Source: Octopus vulgaris
Lineage: Eukaryota
Assembly: GCA_951406725.2 (NCBI GenBank)
Contig: OX597841.1
Coordinates: 13,454,001 to 13,518,000 of the forward strand
Direction of reading: 5' to 3'
DNA: 64,000 bases
Every line of letters starts with the position of its first letter. Position 1 is the stretch's first letter. The notes beneath the pieces are model-generated. The model was not told where the DNA came from. It was given only the letters and a program-made list of their open reading frames with translations, and made no database searches. Positions 63,641-64,000 of the stretch are shown here, one piece after another. The position numbers and the translations under genes are program-made.

Positions 63641-64000
63641 TATATATAAATGTATGTATTGTGTGTGTGGGTGTATATATATATATATATATATATATAT
63701 GAGTATATATATATAGTATAAATGTGTATATATGCCTTGAAAAACAATATGGAAATGTTTTTCTTAATATTAATTATATTTAATAATGCTTGTTGGATTT
63801 AAAATGAAACAAAAAAATGGAGAAAAAACCAACTAAAAGTAATTAATAAATAACAATAATAACGATAATAATGTTTGTCATCCTGATGTCTTGCAGTCTG
63901 TCTTTGAACTCCTTCTCTCTCTCTTCCTCTCTCTCTCTCTCTATTGTGAAGAAAAAGATGAAAGTTTTAAGGAAGATGCATTGCCCCCACATTTTCCTCA

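Overview
Eukaryotic, AT-rich, microsatellite- and SINE-dense genomic DNA whose repeat landscape resembles an Octopus genome (species not determinable from sequence). The whole window lies inside one + strand gene encoding talin. I assembled 30 GT-AG exons from 11965 to 59765 (4127 nt, phases consistent, about 1375 codons). They cover FERM F1-F3, the linker and rod domains R1-R7 into R8, roughly vertebrate talin-1 residues 120-1490. The F0 exons lie upstream of the window and the C-terminal rod downstream. Introns hold several tRNA-derived SINE families, mariner/pogo/hAT/TTAA MITEs, non-autonomous Helitrons, LINE 3' fragments, fold-back hairpins and satellites. The most notable observation is a cluster of frame-preserving candidate microexons in R7-R8: 24 nt TVSTKELQ and possibly 30 nt [10 protein letters not shown] next to the glycine equivalent to talin-1 G1404 (KANK site), and 30 nt YYASWNSRAM at the start of R8 helix 2 (LD-motif groove). 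They are surrounded by a CTAAT array and long hairpins. All microexons are predictions that need RNA-seq. Most ORFs in the supplied track are microsatellite or repeat artefacts.
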